NCBI GenBank assembly: GCA_049971805.1
Contig: JBMFKU010000009.1
Span: 1 to 54,166, forward strand
Length of the DNA: 54,166 nucleotides
Direction: 5' to 3'
Source: Caldisphaera sp.
Lineage (GTDB): Archaea > Thermoproteota > Thermoprotei_A > Sulfolobales > Acidilobaceae
The notes under the pieces are model-generated. The model saw only the letters and a program-made list of their open reading frames with translations. It was not told where the DNA came from and ran no database searches. Each line of letters starts with the position of its first letter. Positions within the stretch are counted from its first letter, which is position 1. The position numbers and the translations under genes are program-made. Positions 50,442 to 54,166 of the stretch are shown one piece after another.

Positions 50442-52196
50442 TTGTCTGAAACGGATCTATATGATAAAATAATTGATATAGCTAAAAGAAGAGGGTTTTT
50501 CTGGCAATCCTATGAAATTTATGGTGGCTTAGGTGGCTTTTATGATATGGGTCCTTATGGTATGGCTTTAAAGAAAAAAATTGTTGACTTATGGAGGGAA
50601 GTATTTATAAAAAATCATCAAGATAGAGTTGTAGAAGTTGAAACCCCTATATTAGGACCATCTATAGTTTATGAAGCAAGCGGGCATGTAGATAACTTTA
50701 CTGATCCAATAGTTAAATGTAATAAATGTGGCAGGGTTTACAGAGCAGACCATTTAGTTGAAGAAAAGTTAAAGATAAAAGCAGAAGGATTCTCAATAGA
50801 TGAACTTAATAACTTAATTAAGGCAAAGGATTTGAGATGTCCTGTTTGTAATGGTGAGCTAAGTGATGTAAAGGTTTTCAATTTATTATTTAAAACTCAA
50901 ATAGGACCATATGAAGGAAATGTAGGATATTTTAGACCTGAACTTGCGCAGGGTATTTTTGTTGCATTTAAAAGGATACATGAATCTTTAAGAAATAAGT
51001 TACCTCTAGGAATAGCGCAAATAGGGAAAGTAGGTAGGAATGAGATAAGCCCTAGACAGGGAATGATAAGATTAAGAGATTTTACGATTATGGAGATGGA
51101 ATACTTCTTTGATCCAGATAAAGATGATTGTCCAAATATAGAAAAATACTACAATGAAACTATCAATATTTTACCCTATGAATTAAAAGAAAAAAAAAGG
51201 GAGCCTATTACTGTAACAGTTAAAGAAGCTATAGACAGAAAATTGGTTGTTCATAAATGCATGGCTTATTGGATGGTTATTGGTAAGCTTTTGGTTTTAA
51301 GAATTGGCGTGCCTGAAAGCAATATGTATTTTGAAGAAAAAGGTCCTAAAGAAAGAGCTCATTATTCTAAACAAACATTCGATCACATGGTAAAAACTAG
51401 TAGATGGGGTTGGATTGAGGTAGCCGGTTATGCATATAGAGGAGATTATGATTTATCAAGACATGAAAAGTTTAGCAATATTGATTTGGAGGTATTTGAG
51501 CCATACAAGACAATCCAAGTTATAAAAAAGAAAAAAATTATGTTAGACAAGGCATATGCAGGAAAGACCTTTAGAGCAAAAGCTAATGAAATTATGAGTA
51601 AAATTGAAAAATTAGATGCAGATAAAGTATTAGACGATTTAAACAGAGATGGTAAAATAAATGTTGATGGAATTGATATACCAAAGGAAGCAATAATAAT
51701 TGTAGAAAGAGAAGATAAGGTTTCAGGAAGAAAGTTTATACCACATGTAATAGAACCTTCTTTTGGAACTGACAGATTATTATATGTAGCAATGGAATAT
51801 GCATATAGAGAAAGCAATGGTAGGATAATTTTGTCTTTTCCAAGATACCTATCGCCTGCAGAGGCTGTTGTATTGCCATTAATTGAAGATGACGATAAGT
51901 TAATTAATAAAGCAAAATCCGTTTACTCGCTGTTAGTATCAGAAGGCTTTTCTGTAATTTATGATGATAATGGAAGCATAGGTAAAAGATATGCAAGATA
52001 TGATGAAATAGGTGTACCTGCTGATTTTACGATCGATTATCAATCATTAGAGGATAACACTATAACAATGAGAGACAGAGATACATGGAAGCAGGTTAGG
52101 ATTAATATAAATGATATATCATCAGCCCTCAGGAAATTCATTTATAATTCCTCAGACATAAAAGAACTAGGAAAGGAAGTTGAGATAGAAGGATGA
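50442..52196 (+). CDS. glyS: Glycine--tRNA ligase (alpha2 type)
   Basis: RRGF, SGHV.NF.DP, RPELAQG.F, RNEISPRQG.IRLR.F, ERAHY, HVIEPSFG.DR, IGKRYAR.DEIG.P motifs. Confidence 0.97.
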   Translation: MSETDLYDKIIDIAKRRGFFWQSYEIYGGLGGFYDMGPYGMALKKKIVDLWREVFIKNHQDRVVEVETPILGPSIVYEASGHVDNFTDPIVKCNKCGRVYRADHLVEEKLKIKAEGFSIDELNNLIKAKDLRCPVCNGELSDVKVFNLLFKTQIGPYEGNVGYFRPELAQGIFVAFKRIHESLRNKLPLGIAQIGKVGRNEISPRQGMIRLRDFTIMEMEYFFDPDKDDCPNIEKYYNETINILPYELKEKKREPITVTVKEAIDRKLVVHKCMAYWMVIGKLLVLRIGVPESNMYFEEKGPKERAHYSKQTFDHMVKTSRWGWIEVAGYAYRGDYDLSRHEKFSNIDLEVFEPYKTIQVIKKKKIMLDKAYAGKTFRAKANEIMSKIEKLDADKVLDDLNRDGKINVDGIDIPKEAIIIVEREDKVSGRKFIPHVIEPSFGTDRLLYVAMEYAYRESNGRIILSFPRYLSPAEAVVLPLIEDDDKLINKAKSVYSLLVSEGFSVIYDDNGSIGKRYARYDEIGVPADFTIDYQSLEDNTITMRDRDTWKQVRININDISSALRKFIYNSSDIKELGKEVEIEG

Positions 52197-52202
52197 GGAT
52201 CT

Positions 52203-52580
52203 ATGAATTCCCAAGATAATGATACAAATGAAAAGGATGTTAAATTAGGAAAGGCTGATATAAGTAAGGCCTTATCTGTTATACCGCCCGCAACTTCATT
52301 GAAAGGTAAGGGTAAAAAGATAAGTGAGAAAAGAATTAGGATTTCATATGATTCATCATTGGAGAAAGGAGAAGCAAAGATATCAAAAAAGTTGGCACAA
52401 GATTTGGGCATACAAAAAGAACTCGAACTGGTAATAGCAGGTAAAAAGAAATTCGTTATGAAGGCAGTTATTGATGAAGGAATAAAAGACGATAACAAGG
52501 TGTTTGCTAATCCCGATGAAATGAAAGATGAAGGAATAGCTGATAACAGCATTGCAACTGTAAGAGCGGTTTCGGTTTAA
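52203..52580 (+). CDS. Hypothetical protein, possibly a stand-alone double-psi beta-barrel domain
   Basis: Two internal half-repeats: AKISKKLAQDLGI..ELEL and VFANPDEMKDEGIADNSIATV. Confidence 0.65.
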   Translation: MNSQDNDTNEKDVKLGKADISKALSVIPPATSLKGKGKKISEKRIRISYDSSLEKGEAKISKKLAQDLGIQKELELVIAGKKKFVMKAVIDEGIKDDNKVFANPDEMKDEGIADNSIATVRAVSV

Positions 52581-52602
52581 ATATTTTAAATTGGTGTAAA
52601 TT

Positions 52603-53037
52603 TTGAGCAATTGTGATTTCAAAAATTCAAAAGAATTATTAGATCAAAGTGCAAGCAAATTGGCCCAATTGCTCCAAGAACAAATAAATCTAATAAACAA
52701 TGGGCATATTTTATTTAATATGCTTTTATCTGTAGAGGAAAAGCAAAAGGAGGAAGCTATGGAAAATTTAAAAGATATAATAGATAAGTTAAAAGAGATT
52801 AGATTATTAATAAGAAAAGAAACCGAGTTTTATCAAAAAATGATAGTTTTTTGCAATGAAATAAAAAATATGGATATAGAAACTTTAATAGGATATTATA
52901 TACAGGCAGGATCGAAAAAAGAAGAGGACTTTTTAAAAAGTCTTTCTGGTATAATAGATGTAAAGGATGATTTAGTTGATATAAAATCAATTATTTTAAA
53001 ATTGAAGGGAGATAAAAACTTAATTTTTAACAAATAG
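52603..53037 (+). CDS. Hypothetical alpha-helical (coiled-coil-like) protein
   Basis: 144-aa ORF with TTG start after GGTG; Leu/Glu/Lys-rich. Confidence 0.6.
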   Translation: MSNCDFKNSKELLDQSASKLAQLLQEQINLINNGHILFNMLLSVEEKQKEEAMENLKDIIDKLKEIRLLIRKETEFYQKMIVFCNEIKNMDIETLIGYYIQAGSKKEEDFLKSLSGIIDVKDDLVDIKSIILKLKGDKNLIFNK

Positions 53038-53209
53038 TTGTAATGAATAACTTAATTTTAAGTTTGTTTGATAAAAATATGAACAAATCTTGTCATTTTA
53101 AGGTGGGGTAAAGTTTAAGGTTTGTTCTAAAAATAATTAGATATGAATAGCTATCAAGGGTATTCTTCACTATATAAGGTAAGTCTCTACTCGTTACCAA
53201 ATTAAAGAA

Positions 53210-53348
53210 AAAGGAGGGCAAGATTTCTCTCTTAGGTCAAATAAGAGCGAGAAGTTGTAACTTTACTCCCACATAGGGAGGAATCAGAGTAGCTCCTATA
53301 GGTAACCCTTAAGACTTGAAAACTCTCGCACTTCAGGGGAGAAGCCAG
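53210..53348 (+). mobile_element. Possible decayed IS200/IS605 (tnpB) right-end remnant
   Basis: GC-richer patch in a long intergenic gap, ending GAAAACTCTCGCACTTCAGGGGAGAAGCCAG. This resembles crenarchaeal IS605-type ends as I remember them (GAAACCCTCGCCCTTTAGGGCGGGGAGGAAGTCAG). No ORF. Confidence 0.35.
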
Positions 53349-53499
53349 AAGTAGTTAGCAAAACTAACTTTTTGGAAGTTTAAGTTATCTTGCTTAAAAG
53401 AGGTAAAAATTATTGCAGTAGATTATTTTATTTTTATTAAAAAATTATAGCAAATGTTTTTAAGCTAAGCTGTATACAATAAAAACTGGTGTGGCCATA

Positions 53500-53714
53500 G
53501 TGTCTCATGGAAGTGAGAAGTTAAGTAAGGGGAGAAAATTTCTATAGCGATTTTATTATTAATTCCGTTTATGGTTTACATGTTATATCCTACTTATGAC
53601 AAAGTAAACCCAACCTTAGGAGGTTTATCATTTTTCTATTGGTATCAAACAATGTGGCTTGCAATATCAGGTCTACTGTTTGGTATAGCAGCATATATAT
53701 GGGAAAAAAGGTGA
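53500..53714 (+). pseudogene. DUF3311-like small membrane protein (symporter partner), apparently frameshifted near the 5' end
   Basis: Frame from 53541 reads SIAILLLIPFMVYMLYPTYDKVNPTLGGLSFFYWYQTMW...WEKR* (P.L.G..FFYWYQ..W signature). GTG 53500 is in another frame and stops at 53547. Confidence 0.7.
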
Positions 53715-53720
53715 AGTTCA

Positions 53721-54166
53721 ATGATTTTTGGTCTTTTAGGTTGGGTAGTATTTTGGGTCTTGTTTGCTGTTTTTGTTTTCCTAGGATTCTTTGGAGCCAA
53801 ATGGAGAAAGGGGGATCTCTCACAACTAGGGGAGTGGGCTTTAGCTGGTAGAAAGCTTGGAGTATTTTTGGTTTGGTTCTTAGTTGGTGCAGATCTCTAT
53901 ACAGCTTATACCTTTGTTGCAGTTCCGTCTCTTGAATATGCAGTAGGGGCAGAGGGATTTTTTGCAGTCCCTTATGTAGCAATAACATTTGCTGTAGCAA
54001 TGTTGTTTATGACAATTTTGTGGGATAAATCTAGAGAAAAAGGTTATATAACTGCAGCAGATTTTGTCCACGATACGTTTAGAAGTCCTACATTGGCTAT
54101 TCTAATAGCATTAACAGGAATTGTTGCCGAGTTACCTTACATAGCTTTGCAAATTGATGGCATGAG
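53721..54166 (+). CDS. Sodium:solute symporter family protein (N-terminal part, runs off window)
   Basis: ATG after AGGTGA. Reads MIFGLLGW...[10 protein letters not shown]...[17 protein letters not shown]...KGYITAADF...PYIALQ. Missing from the ORF track because it has no stop in the window. Confidence 0.92.
   Translation, partial: MIFGLLGWVVFWVLFAVFVFLGFFGAKWRKGDLSQLGEWALAGRKLGVFLVWFLVGADLYTAYTFVAVPSLEYAVGAEGFFAVPYVAITFAVAMLFMTILWDKSREKGYITAADFVHDTFRSPTLAILIALTGIVAELPYIALQIDGM

Noticed and set aside
1265-54071. Numerous short ORFs in the track lying antisense to or in alternate frames of identified genes (e.g. 2014-2316, 17055-17492, 26221-26751, 52142-52552, 53590-54000, 53639-53851)
   Set aside because: They overlap well-supported conserved genes, lack motifs and look like shadow ORFs.
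1-54166. CRISPR array, cas genes, rRNA, intact transposase or provirus
   Set aside because: No regularly spaced direct repeats, long GC-rich structural RNA or diagnostic protein motifs were seen.

Overview
AT-rich archaeal chromosomal segment, almost entirely housekeeping. The gene set (rpl32e, rpl19e, rps25e, Rpo11/Rpo12, TFB with a degenerate zinc ribbon, bifunctional PGI/PMI, FBP aldolase/phosphatase, CarS) and the GGTGA-type ribosome-binding sites point to a thermoacidophilic crenarchaeote. A Caldisphaera/Acidilobales-like organism is my inference and is unverified. Contents in order: the end of the spc-like ribosomal operon (L6-L32e-L19e-L18-S5-L30-L15), followed not by secY but by a RecA-fold ATPase and carS; gluconeogenesis genes; the rpl10e-dph2-methyltransferase-csl4-rpoL cluster; tRNA-Leu(TAA); a hemL-hemC-cobA-hemD-moeA operon; an HD-domain dNTPase, surE, aIF5A, an RbgA-type GTPase, TFB and a tungsten AOR; riboflavin genes; an amino-acid permease split by one in-frame TAG; a cobamide-salvage operon (cobT-cbiS-cobY-cobD-cobS-cbiB); aIF1, rpoP, speB and glyS; and the start of a sodium:solute symporter locus. 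No CRISPR array, rRNA or intact mobile element was seen. The best candidate for something undescribed is the last gene of the cobamide operon. It is a stand-alone asparagine-synthetase-type ATP-dependent amide ligase with a C-terminal zinc ribbon, and it can only be complete if it starts at a non-canonical codon (CTG or ATA). Family and DUF names are from motif recognition by eye, not database searches.
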